A stretch of DNA of 28,458 nt from Candidatus Poribacteria bacterium (GCA_046582655.1 JAYGDX010000263.1:1-28458); one strand, 5' to 3'; shown: positions 18,175 through 27,545, numbered from the stretch's first letter. Made by a program: numbers and translations. The notes: generated from the sequence alone by a model not told the origin.

Positions 18175-19193
18175 ACCGCCTGATTGGCAATCCGTATCTG
18201 CGGATTAAAATAAGCATAAAGCAGGTCAACAACTAAGTTAATCACCATGAAAATGCCGGCGACAAACAATACCCCGCCTTGAATCGGACGGATATCCCGT
18301 GCATTAACCGCCGCGTACAACCAAGAACCAAGTCCCGGCCAAGAAAAAATATGCTCCGTCAAAATGGCACCACCAAGCAGATACCCGAATTCAAGACCGA
18401 TAACGGTCAAAACCGGAATCATGCTATTTTTCAACGCGTGCTTCAAAATCACAACAGAGTAACGTAGCCCCTTGGCATGAGCCGTGGTAATATACTGCTG
18501 GTTCAAGATCTCAAGCAAGCTAGATCTCGTCATCCGCGCAATAATGGCTAGCGGAATAGTGCCCAATGTTACCGCTGGTAAAATCAAGTGCCATAAAGCA
18601 TTTCTGAAAGCTTCAAAATCCCCCGCTATCAACGTATCAATCAGATAAAAATTCGTACGATGCTGAATCTGCAGATCAAGTACCGTATCAATCCGTTGAG
18701 AACTGGGAAAAATCGGAAACGTGTAAGAAAGTAACAGAATCAACATCAGACCGAGCCAAAATATTGGCATCGAAATCCCAGCCAGCGATCCAATCATTGC
18801 TGTATAGTCCCACAATTTCCCGCGATTGACGGCAGCAAGAATTCCAGCACCAATGCCAAAGAAAACAGCGAATACCATAGCAGCCAAAGTCAACTCAAAC
18901 GTTGCCGGAAAATAACGTACAAGGTCATCAACTACCTGTTGGTTGGTTCGAAATGACCGGCCAAGATTAAAGTGTATCAGATCCCACAAATATTTACCAT
19001 ACTGCTGATAGAGAGGCAGATTCAGCCCCATCTCCTGACGCAACTTCGCCAGTGACTCCTCGGTCGCTCGTTCGCCTAAAATCGCCAATGCTGCATCGCC
19101 CGGAATTAAATGGACCATAAAAAACACCAGAAGCGATACTCCGAACAGAGAAACCGAGATTGACAAAAAGCGATGAAAAATGTAAACGATCAA
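18171..19193 (-). CDS. dppB: Dipeptide/oligopeptide ABC transporter permease
   Basis: IPGDAALAILG, PATFEL, ARMTRSSLLE..YITTAHAKGL, KHALKN and TEHIFSWPGLG motifs. Confidence 0.93.
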   Translation of the reverse strand: MIVYIFHRFLSISVSLFGVSLLVFFMVHLIPGDAALAILGERATEESLAKLRQEMGLNLPLYQQYGKYLWDLIHFNLGRSFRTNQQVVDDLVRYFPATFELTLAAMVFAVFFGIGAGILAAVNRGKLWDYTAMIGSLAGISMPIFWLGLMLILLLSYTFPIFPSSQRIDTVLDLQIQHRTNFYLIDTLIAGDFEAFRNALWHLILPAVTLGTIPLAIIARMTRSSLLEILNQQYITTAHAKGLRYSVVILKHALKNSMIPVLTVIGLEFGYLLGGAILTEHIFSWPGLGSWLYAAVNARDIRPIQGGVLFVAGIFMVINLVVDLLYAYFNPQIRIANQAV

Positions 19194-19230
19194 ACATTAA
19201 ATCCCTGGCAATCTTAGAATTATTGGCTGA

Positions 19231-20028
19231 TTAATCAGTAATTTTGAGACGTGACCAGATAGAGGTAAGTTTTCCCTTGAACGATACGGCAAGCACCTGT
19301 TCCAACCCCTGCATCACTTTCTCAATATCAGCTTTGGTAAGTGGTTGATCAAAAATAGCAACTTCATCAATCGAGCCTTCCCAAGTTTCTGTTCCCTGCC
19401 TACCAATTTTAGCAAAGGCGAAATCCATCAGTTTGCCCGTATAGTCGATTTCGCTAATGAGTTTCCCATCCACATACTGCTTGCCTTTCTTCGTTTTGGC
19501 ATCGGCGGTTACCGTAATATGATACCATTTTTTGGCATCCAGAGATTTAGTTTTGGGGAAATTTTTCCTGGCCTTATCGGGCCCAATTAAACGCCCCCAT
19601 AGCGTTTTCGAATTTTCAACCCAAATACCAACAATCTTGGTATTCGGATCGCCGCCTTGATCCTCGGAAGCCTGCGCGTGGAATAGCCCGATATTGGCAG
19701 TTGGCAGAGCTGTATACTTGGCCCAAGCAGCCACAGTTATTGAATTGGAATGAGATAGGGGAACAAGCACATAACTGCTTTTGGCTGTCTCAAACGACAA
19801 TGCTTTGCCAAATTTCCCGTCATTGTCCCACTCAGGCTTGTTAACCAGATTGCCATGATTTCCGTTATCGGATGAATCTTTGGCTTTATTACCGCTGCCT
19901 TCATCAAACAGCCAAATCCCAACAATCGAGCCTTTATCGATTGCTGCTTCAGTTGACAGGAGTATACCCAACAACATCAAAGCTAACAGCGGAACTGTTG
20001 CGTCTTTCATCCAGTTTTTCATTGTCAT
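19231..20028 (-). CDS. Secreted LamG/concanavalin-A-like jelly-roll protein with a C-terminal AVxxxGKLxxxW motif
   Basis: Start moved to ATG 20028, behind AAGGGG. Signal peptide; VGIWLFDEGSG..AKDSS.NGNHG, GKFGKALSF, WYHITVT, YVDG and GSIDEVAIFDQPL motifs; ends LAVSFKGKLTSIWSRLKITD. Confidence 0.9.
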   Translation of the reverse strand: MTMKNWMKDATVPLLALMLLGILLSTEAAIDKGSIVGIWLFDEGSGNKAKDSSDNGNHGNLVNKPEWDNDGKFGKALSFETAKSSYVLVPLSHSNSITVAAWAKYTALPTANIGLFHAQASEDQGGDPNTKIVGIWVENSKTLWGRLIGPDKARKNFPKTKSLDAKKWYHITVTADAKTKKGKQYVDGKLISEIDYTGKLMDFAFAKIGRQGTETWEGSIDEVAIFDQPLTKADIEKVMQGLEQVLAVSFKGKLTSIWSRLKITD

Positions 20029-20054
20029 CCATATCCCCTTTTGTCTTACACTTA

Positions 20055-21614
20055 TCAATCCAGAGAAATCCATCGGAAATACTTGAATGTTGTCGAATGG
20101 AGCTTCACATTCTTAACCTGTTTATGGATAATCAGCATCTGCTTGGCATGCGCTAAAGGCACCCAGGGCACGTCATGATTGAAGACTGCCTGTGCTCTCT
20201 TATAGAGTTTGGTTCGTGTCGCCAAATCCGTTGCTGAACGAGCTTGATCTAAAATCTCCTGCATCTCGTCACTTCTATAAAAGGCAATATTTCCCGCTGG
20301 CTTTCTGGCCGAATTCTTACTCAGCAAATAATAAAAAAAGTTGTCCGGATCAGCAAAATCAGCTGACCAACCCAGCATGGCCATAGTGTGATCACCATTC
20401 TTGGTTTTCTCTAGGTACGTTCCCCAATCGTAAGTGATAATTTTGGTGTCAATACCTACACGCCGAAGATCCGATTGAATGGCAACCGCCAGTGCGTTGC
20501 CGTCCGGTATATAAGGTCGTGGAACCGGTAACGCCCACAGCTCGGTTTCAAAACCGTCCGGATACCCCGCATCGGCTAATAGCTTCTTGGCCAGTTCCGG
20601 ATTATAAGAGTGATCGATGGTGGTCTCATCATAGCTCCACATGGTTGGAGGAATCGGATTCTTAGCTGGAATCCCCATGCCCTGATACAATTGGCCGATA
20701 ATATCATTCTTGTTTATAGCATGATTAATAGCCAACCGAATCTGACGATTGTCAAAGGGGGCTTTATCAAAATTCATGGCCAGATATCCAACGTTCATTC
20801 CCGGTTGTTCAATCACCCGTAAATTGGGATCACTGCGGATAATAACCATATCATCGGGATTGGGAAATTCCATGACCTGAATGCTGCCGTTCTGAAGTTC
20901 CAGCAACCGAATCGAATTATCGGGAATCGAACGAAAGATGAGCTGATCTATCTTGGGCCGGCCGGCCCAGTAGTCCTGATGAGCTTGCAGAACCACTTTG
21001 TCGTTTCGATCCCACCGCACGAATTCAAAGGCACCGGTACCAACCGGATGATTGGTAAAATCTTCCCGCCACTTGCGGACAGCGGTTGGACTAACAATAG
21101 AAAACGGAGGCATGGCCAAGGCATAAATAAAAGGGGCGTAGGAACTTTTGAGAACAATCCGAACAGTGTATGCGTCTTCGGCCGTAATCTGGTCAACTTT
21201 TCCAGCCAAACCACTGTCTGTCCAATAGATATAGGGACCACCAACTTTGTGAAATGGGTGTTCGTTTTGATGCTGACGGTTAAGTGAAAACAAAACAGCA
21301 TCCGCATTAAAGTCTGTATCATCATGAAATTTGACACCGTGGCGGAGATGAAACCTCCAGACTAAGCCATCTGCCGAGGTCTCCCAGGACTCAGCCAGAG
21401 CCGGCTGAATATTGGTACTGTCTTCTGCATACTGAACCAAGGTATCGTAAATATTCTCACAGACTTTAAAGGACTCACCATCCTCCTCATGAGCAGGATC
21501 AAGGCCAACAGAATCGCCACCACGCCCGAATATCAACGTGTTTCCAACCACGATATCGACTGCAAATCCCAGCGACAGAATTAAAGATATTAACGAAAAC
21601 AGTTTGAATAACAC
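20055..21614 (-). CDS. dppA: Dipeptide ABC transporter substrate-binding protein (family 5)
   Basis: LDPAH..DGES, PALAESWE.S.DG..W.FHLRHGVKFHD, PVGTGAF, LWALPVPRPYIP and MLGWSADFADPDNF motifs. Confidence 0.93.
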   Translation of the reverse strand: MLFKLFSLISLILSLGFAVDIVVGNTLIFGRGGDSVGLDPAHEEDGESFKVCENIYDTLVQYAEDSTNIQPALAESWETSADGLVWRFHLRHGVKFHDDTDFNADAVLFSLNRQHQNEHPFHKVGGPYIYWTDSGLAGKVDQITAEDAYTVRIVLKSSYAPFIYALAMPPFSIVSPTAVRKWREDFTNHPVGTGAFEFVRWDRNDKVVLQAHQDYWAGRPKIDQLIFRSIPDNSIRLLELQNGSIQVMEFPNPDDMVIIRSDPNLRVIEQPGMNVGYLAMNFDKAPFDNRQIRLAINHAINKNDIIGQLYQGMGIPAKNPIPPTMWSYDETTIDHSYNPELAKKLLADAGYPDGFETELWALPVPRPYIPDGNALAVAIQSDLRRVGIDTKIITYDWGTYLEKTKNGDHTMAMLGWSADFADPDNFFYYLLSKNSARKPAGNIAFYRSDEMQEILDQARSATDLATRTKLYKRAQAVFNHDVPWVPLAHAKQMLIIHKQVKNVKLHSTTFKYFRWISLD

Positions 21615-21681
21615 GATATATTTTAATCCTTCATTCTTCTTAGCTGTTTCTTAGCAATTAAGTAAGAGAAATGCAGTTTTC

Positions 21682-21710
21682 ATTGTCTCAGAAACTAATG
21701 AAAGTGTCAA
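21682..21710 (-). promoter_or_regulatory. Sigma70-type promoter upstream of dppA
   Basis: Minus strand TTGACA-N17-GACAAT with an extended -10 TG. Confidence 0.65.
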
Positions 21711-21809
21711 GAAAAAACATTTGGAGGCTAAGATTCCATTGTATCGTATTTAATTCGGCACTTAGGAAAAATGATTTATGTAGCGAATTGGATAAGTGAC
21801 ACTAATTTC

Positions 21810-23711
21810 TTACGGAAACATAGTATATACGTTCTTACCGAGGATAATCCCAATGAGACTCCAAAGACTACCCGCCGTAAATTGGCCGAAAATAAATCCC
21901 AGAAAAAATGGTAACATCATCCGATAGTATTTGACACCGCCACCAGCGAAAAGGAGTCGTTTGACTAACCATCCCAAAAAAATTGAGAACCACAGCCATG
22001 TCATGGCCCAACCTTTACCTACAGCATATCCAACCGGGTAGAAGGGCCACCAAATGAATCTGCGCTTCAATACGGTGAGGATAGCCGTGATGAAGAACCC
22101 AATTCCCACCTGTTGAATAACCTGAAAATTTGGACCTTTGGGAAACAGAATCCGGCTTCTCAAATGATTGAATTCACCAATGCCCCACCTAGCAAACTGA
22201 AATCTATGATATAACGAAACATGAAACAGGATTGACAAAAATGTGCCAATAATTGAAGCAACAATTATCGCTATCACAAGTCGGCTATGACGAATGTTAA
22301 AGTGAGATCCGATCTTGAATCCTTCAAGTTGATGTGGCATGGGGTGGCAACGGTAACCATAAGCAAGCCAAGATAGAAGTGTCGTATTGGTTAAATTCGC
22401 AGCACCAATGGTTCTCGTTCCCAGAAACCCAACCATAAGACGATCTGGGTGAGCATTATGCAGCTCGTGTGTTGGAGGGCCAAGTTCCGCCCGCATTCGG
22501 GTCATTCCGATGCATAAGATAAAATAAATAGCGAAATAACTAATGGCGACCCATGGTGAGAGGCCTGCCTTATACCAAAACAGTACCATGATGGCCGTAC
22601 CAAAAATCATTCCGAATACTGCTAAATTGTAAAGCTCACCATTCGCTTTTTTGCTAAACAAACCTCCAATGACACTCATTATGTGTTTCCGACTAGTCCA
22701 TAACGCAATTACTCCAATACCAATCCACGCGCCAGCACGCTGTTCATTCAATAGGCCAACTGCTGTTGTCAACCCAAGTGTAGTTAGAATAACCGGTTGC
22801 AATTTCCATGTTAGCAGGAAGAACCAAAGAGACAACGAGAGATCTAACGGCATCAAGTAACCCAACCCTATCGCAAAAGGATAGACATAAATAGCAAATC
22901 CCCAGTTCATTGCGTTCCACGGTCTAACAGCCGTGGGAACTACATACTTGATTTTTAATGGTGGGATAGATGGAAAGAGATAGTTGAGTCCAGCGATAAT
23001 TTCGAGGGCAAAGGCAATGGTAAATCCAAGCCAGATGAGTTTGTTGGAAAAGAGTTTAGGTGTGTTAGCAATTACCTCAACAGGCATAATAGTTAAAGGA
23101 TAACTGAGTTTCTCATGTTCAACCCACTGCTTTCGTATCACAATATTAATACACAACATGACAAACAAGAGCACAACCACAAAACCGGTCCAGGCCAATA
23201 TGGGAATTAGCCAAGCATTGATATATTGTGCTTGCCAAAAATTTTCATTCCCTTCAAAGTATCCTTGCAGTATTCGCCTGTTCGGAACAGTCAACCAAGT
23301 TGGCAAATAGCGAAAGAAAAGTTCTTCCCATTCGTTTTCAGGCGTAGCGTACCAAAACGGATTAGCCATCAACGGTACCAGTTGGCGGGTAATATCGTGA
23401 CCAGCCATCGCTGTAGCCACAGAAACCATGATGTATGAAGTCGCAACTTCAGAGTTGCGCAGGGCCAGGTTTTTGAATGACCGTTTCAATAACAGATTAA
23501 CACCCGCTAAGGCGAAGAACGTGAAAAGAACGGTTGGAAAAACAGAAAAATCGGTGATTTCCCAAACAATACGGTTTTCTGCTGAGACGATCCAATAGCA
23601 ATTCAAAGCAATCAGGAGGGAACCAAAAATTAAAACGCGGAGAATAAAATGGGATGCCGAGGTCTGACCGGATTTATCTTGTTTAAAAGATACTATGGTA
23701 CTCTCCTTCAT
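21810..23711 (-). CDS. Polytopic membrane protein, DUF6785/DUF6784 type (putative transporter)
   Basis: Many TM segments. Family-like motifs YATPENEWEELF..YLPTWL, LIPILAW, RKQWVEHEKLSYPL, LMPLDLSLSLWFF, RMRAELG, WWPFYPVGY and GGVKYYR..PFFLG. Confidence 0.85.
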   Translation of the reverse strand: MKESTIVSFKQDKSGQTSASHFILRVLIFGSLLIALNCYWIVSAENRIVWEITDFSVFPTVLFTFFALAGVNLLLKRSFKNLALRNSEVATSYIMVSVATAMAGHDITRQLVPLMANPFWYATPENEWEELFFRYLPTWLTVPNRRILQGYFEGNENFWQAQYINAWLIPILAWTGFVVVLLFVMLCINIVIRKQWVEHEKLSYPLTIMPVEVIANTPKLFSNKLIWLGFTIAFALEIIAGLNYLFPSIPPLKIKYVVPTAVRPWNAMNWGFAIYVYPFAIGLGYLMPLDLSLSLWFFLLTWKLQPVILTTLGLTTAVGLLNEQRAGAWIGIGVIALWTSRKHIMSVIGGLFSKKANGELYNLAVFGMIFGTAIMVLFWYKAGLSPWVAISYFAIYFILCIGMTRMRAELGPPTHELHNAHPDRLMVGFLGTRTIGAANLTNTTLLSWLAYGYRCHPMPHQLEGFKIGSHFNIRHSRLVIAIIVASIIGTFLSILFHVSLYHRFQFARWGIGEFNHLRSRILFPKGPNFQVIQQVGIGFFITAILTVLKRRFIWWPFYPVGYAVGKGWAMTWLWFSIFLGWLVKRLLFAGGGVKYYRMMLPFFLGFIFGQFTAGSLWSLIGIILGKNVYTMFP

Positions 23712-23784
23712 TCAGCTATGACGACAATCTTTATTTTATCAGAATATCAGGATATCATCAAGTTCAAGCCACCCATAATACAGA

Positions 23785-23814
23785 TTGACAACAGAAACGA
23801 GGAAGTGGGATAAT
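23785..23814 (+). promoter_or_regulatory. Sigma70-type promoter of the oxidoreductase gene
   Basis: TTGACA (23785-23790), 18-nt spacer, GATAAT with an extended TG. GAGGTG RBS before ATG 23855. Confidence 0.65.
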
Positions 23815-23854
23815 CAAATCCATAAATCAATCTGTTTGAGGTGAATGAATCCTA

Positions 23855-24958
23855 ATGGAAAAAATTAAGGTGGGTATTGTCGGTACTGGTGGCATATCAC
23901 GCGCACATCGTAGTGCTTACGAAAAAGTCGGTGGTTTTGAGCTTGTCGCGGTTTGTGATATTTTTGAGGACAAAGCAATCCAAGCTGCTGAGGAGTGGGG
24001 TGTGCCAAAGCAACATGCGTTTACAAGCGTTGAGCAGATGCTCGAATTCGACGAGATTGATACCGTCAGTGTCTGCACATATAACCAGGCACATAGAGCC
24101 CCTACCGTGGCGGCTCTCAATGCAGGGAAACACGTTTTTTGCGAGAAACCGATGGCAGCGACACTCGAGGACGCAATAGCAATGGTCAAAGCTGCCAAGG
24201 CATCTGGTAAAATTTTGCAGATTGGAATTCATAGTACTTTCTCCGCAAACCTGCAATTTGCCCGAAAACTGGTAGACGCTGGTATTACCGGAGACATCTA
24301 TTATGCCGAAACGTGTGATACGCGACGACGTGGCATTCCTGGAGGCACTTTCACTAACAAGAAAACCGCCGGTGCGGGAGCAACTGTAGATATTGGCATT
24401 TATAACATGCATAATGCACTATACCTGATGGGATATCCCACACCAGTTCGTGTCTCAGCAATTACGGCAGATTATCTGGCGGAACAAAACCCACGCTGGA
24501 AGGATATGGATGTGGAAGAGTTTGGAGCCGCTTTCGTTCGATTTGAAGACGGTCGTGTCATGCTATTCAAAACCTCATGGGCAGTACACCAAAATTCACT
24601 GGGTGGGACCTTTTTTTTAGGGAAACAAGCTGGAATTTCACTTGGAGGTCCAATCGTTCATGTCGATGAAATGACTGACCAGATCCAAGAACTGGCGGAC
24701 GCAGAAGGACTAACAGTCGAAGTTAAAGATGCCGGTAAAAGCTGGCAGCAAGAAGAAATGGTTGACGTCCACTTCTCCGGACTACCAAGCGTGGACGTTT
24801 GGGAAGCCCAGATGATTGCATTTCGTGAAGCAGTAAAAACGAATGGGCCCTCACTTATTCCACCTGAAGGTGTATTAACAACTAATATGATTATGGATGG
24901 TATTTTCCGATCGCATCAATTGGGACAAGAAGTTGCTGTTGATATCCCTAAAATATAA
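23855..24958 (+). CDS. Gfo/Idh/MocA-family oxidoreductase
   Basis: KVGIVGTGGIS, AGKHVFCEKPMA and GATVDIGIYN motifs. Confidence 0.93.
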   Translation: MEKIKVGIVGTGGISRAHRSAYEKVGGFELVAVCDIFEDKAIQAAEEWGVPKQHAFTSVEQMLEFDEIDTVSVCTYNQAHRAPTVAALNAGKHVFCEKPMAATLEDAIAMVKAAKASGKILQIGIHSTFSANLQFARKLVDAGITGDIYYAETCDTRRRGIPGGTFTNKKTAGAGATVDIGIYNMHNALYLMGYPTPVRVSAITADYLAEQNPRWKDMDVEEFGAAFVRFEDGRVMLFKTSWAVHQNSLGGTFFLGKQAGISLGGPIVHVDEMTDQIQELADAEGLTVEVKDAGKSWQQEEMVDVHFSGLPSVDVWEAQMIAFREAVKTNGPSLIPPEGVLTTNMIMDGIFRSHQLGQEVAVDIPKI

Positions 24959-24972
24959 TTGGTCTCCGGTAT

Positions 24973-25058
24973 AGGGCTGATTAAGCTTGTTGTTTGAACA
25001 ATAAGTAGAAACAAAAGATGGTAGCTTTATAATATAATCAGCCCTTTATTTTTGTTTT
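24973..25058 (+). terminator. Long stem-loop with U-rich tail after the oxidoreductase gene
   Basis: AGGGCTGATTA (24973-24983) / TAATCAGCCCT (25035-25045) perfect inverted repeat followed by TTATTTTTGTTTT. Inner hairpin CTTGTTGTT/AACAATAAG. Confidence 0.45.
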
Positions 25059-25137
25059 AAACAGTTAGGAATCCAGTGTCCTCATGGCATTCTTTGCTTT
25101 ACTCAAGAGCAAAGGTTTGATCTAAAAAAAATCCCGC

Positions 25138-25920
25138 ATGATTAAAATCAGATTTTTTTTGTTTATCACGTTGACACTTTTACTACTGAAATCCACATTG
25201 GCTCAAGTGAATGTTTTCACGTCGGAAACCATTAAGCAACTGAATCAAGACCAAGGATTCTACAACAATGTCAGGCTTAGTTTTTCCCACCACTCAGGTA
25301 ATACGGATATGCGGACGCTTCGGGCACAAATCCGCTCTGATTACATCATTCACAATTATCACGCCTTCGGTGTTGGAAATCTCCAATTTCTAAGAAAGGA
25401 TGACCAAGCATTTATAAACAAAGGGATGTTTCATCTTCGTGGAATCCAGCACATCACGAACATTTTTATGCTTGAATCGTTTGTACAAAAGCAATTCAGC
25501 GAATCAATTTTATTGAAGGACCGAAATCTTGCGGGCGGTGGATTGCGTATAGCTCTTTTCTCACCTGGTGATAATCCAAAGATCCGTCTATATACTGGAA
25601 CAGGGGCCATGTGGGAAAACGAGTTGATTGATGATGCCGAGTTGGGCCAAATCAATTCTGATATTATGAGATCGACGAATTATTCCACCATTATCTGGCA
25701 GATTGACGATTGGATTTCCTCAGCCACAACAGGCTACTTTCAGATAAACCCGAGTCACAGGGAAGATTTCCGCATTCTCGTTGAAGGTGACATTGGCTTT
25801 CGCATAACAGATCAGATTCAGTTCACAGTCAGATTAAATCTCCGCTATGATAGTCAGCCACCTATTAGAATCGCCAGACACGACCTCGAAATCACCAACG
25901 GCCTAAGTTTATCATTTTAG
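25138..25920 (+). CDS. DUF481-type outer-membrane beta-barrel protein
   Basis: Signal peptide, SGNTD motif, alternating beta-strand pattern, RNLAGGGLR, YDSQPP and a terminal aromatic (GLSLSF). Confidence 0.8.
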   Translation: MIKIRFFLFITLTLLLLKSTLAQVNVFTSETIKQLNQDQGFYNNVRLSFSHHSGNTDMRTLRAQIRSDYIIHNYHAFGVGNLQFLRKDDQAFINKGMFHLRGIQHITNIFMLESFVQKQFSESILLKDRNLAGGGLRIALFSPGDNPKIRLYTGTGAMWENELIDDAELGQINSDIMRSTNYSTIIWQIDDWISSATTGYFQINPSHREDFRILVEGDIGFRITDQIQFTVRLNLRYDSQPPIRIARHDLEITNGLSLSF

Positions 25921-25943
25921 AAATGAAATCCTAAATAACAATT

Positions 25944-27155
25944 ATGAGGTTAAAAAAATTGGGAATCTATCAAGAGTTCGGAATTACACCAATTATTAAT
26001 GCTTCTGGTGCGGTAACACGTCTTGGTGGTGCACCGATGAATCAGGAAACATTAGCGGCATTTACTGAAGCTGCCCGTGCGTCGGTGCCTTTAGAACAGC
26101 TTCAAGCTTCCGCTTCTCGGATTATTGCCGAAGCAACCGCTACGGAAGCAGGTCTGGTTACCTCCGGTGCAGCCTCCGCTTTGACTCTAGGAACTGCAGC
26201 AATCCTGACCGGATATAACCTGAAAAGGATGGAAACTTTACCACATTGCCAAGACTTTCCAGATCAATTCGTCATTGCCCGCCAGCAGCGTAACGGTTAT
26301 GACCACGCTATTCGTGCATCCGGTGCGCATTTGGTTGAAGTCGGGTTTGATGAAATTGCGGCCAATGCAGGTGTTCGACAAACTGAAACATGGGAATATG
26401 AAGCGGCTTTTAATGCATACACTGCTGGCGTCGTGTATGTATACAGCTCTAAATCCAAACCAGACCTAAGGAAGGTTGTGGACATTGCCCATAAACACCA
26501 TCTACCAGTATTGGTAGATGCGGCTGCGGAACTTCCGCCGAAAAGTAATCTTAAATCAATAGCAGCTACAGGTGCTGACTTAGTCGCGTTTAGCGGAGGA
26601 AAAGCAATTCGCGGTCCTCAATCAACAGGAATTCTTTGCGGTAAAAGGGATCTTATCGGCTCAGCTGCCCTACAAATGCTGGATATGGACGATCACCTTG
26701 AGTTTTGGGATCCGCCATCGGATTTGATTGATAGAACAAAGTTTGAAGGGATTCCACGTCACGGAATTGGACGCGGATTCAAAGTGTCAAAAGAGGAAAT
26801 CATCGCTTTGCTCGTTGCTCTACGTCTATTTATTTCCGGGGCTTACGATGCGTCCGCACTAACAGCTAGGTCTATTCTTGAAAAAATTTCCCAAAGGTTG
26901 CAGGATTGTCCTGTGCAATGCTCTATCCGTGATAAAAAAGATAAAGGGAGCCTGCCTATTTTGGAGATAACTGTTAGAGAAACAACCAACGGCCAGACGG
27001 CGATGACGATTTGTCGGGATCTCCGTTACGGAAATCCCCCCATTTATCTGGGTCATGCTGCGGTAAAAGAAGGAAAATTGCTGGTCAATCCGCTTCATCT
27101 AGATCAAGAAGCGGCAGAGATAATTGCGGAAAGGATCCATCAGAACTTCAGCTGA
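25944..27155 (+). CDS. SelA-like / DgaE-like PLP-dependent enzyme
   Basis: IINASGAVTRLGG, VLVDAAAE, ADLVAFSGGKAIRGPQSTG (PLP Lys) and GIGRGFKVSKEEI motifs. Lacks the N-terminal extension of true SelA. Confidence 0.88.
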   Translation: MRLKKLGIYQEFGITPIINASGAVTRLGGAPMNQETLAAFTEAARASVPLEQLQASASRIIAEATATEAGLVTSGAASALTLGTAAILTGYNLKRMETLPHCQDFPDQFVIARQQRNGYDHAIRASGAHLVEVGFDEIAANAGVRQTETWEYEAAFNAYTAGVVYVYSSKSKPDLRKVVDIAHKHHLPVLVDAAAELPPKSNLKSIAATGADLVAFSGGKAIRGPQSTGILCGKRDLIGSAALQMLDMDDHLEFWDPPSDLIDRTKFEGIPRHGIGRGFKVSKEEIIALLVALRLFISGAYDASALTARSILEKISQRLQDCPVQCSIRDKKDKGSLPILEITVRETTNGQTAMTICRDLRYGNPPIYLGHAAVKEGKLLVNPLHLDQEAAEIIAERIHQNFS

Positions 27156-27194
27156 AATTAAAAATCGCATACTACAGCAGTGGAATTAACCATT

Positions 27195-27545
27195 TGACCA
27201 GATAGTGATCCCGTTGAAGTCTATAACCACAAAATATATAAATCACTCCGCTAAATCTAGTCATCCAAGATGAACACTGAAATTTATAGACTCACATAAA
27301 ACGATACTTATTTTTTTGTCCAACAAATGATCAACCAACATGCCTGCAATCCCATCAGACAGAACATCTAAATCAATCTTCAAGTGATTGACAGAAACTT
27401 CTTCATAATTTGACTCAATACTCGATTGAGGGAATACAATATATGAGACGTCACAAGTTTCACCGATCCATTTCTCCAACCATAGATCGAATTGATGATA
27501 GGATTTCGCCATCTGCTGATAAGTGTTTCAGCCCTAGTCTAAAGA
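27195..27545 (-). pseudogene. Possible decayed LacI-type sugar-binding/regulator domain
   Basis: Fragments EILSSIRSMVGE / YEEVSVNHL..SDGIAGMLVDHLLDKKISIVL.. *LDLAE*FIYFVVIDFNG loosely follow LacI effector-domain order, with internal stops and a frameshift. Confidence 0.25.

Noticed and set aside
25944..27155. True selenocysteine synthase SelA
   Set aside because: It lacks the SelA N-terminal domain, no selB/selC/selD is in the window, and the motifs fit the DgaE-like subgroup.
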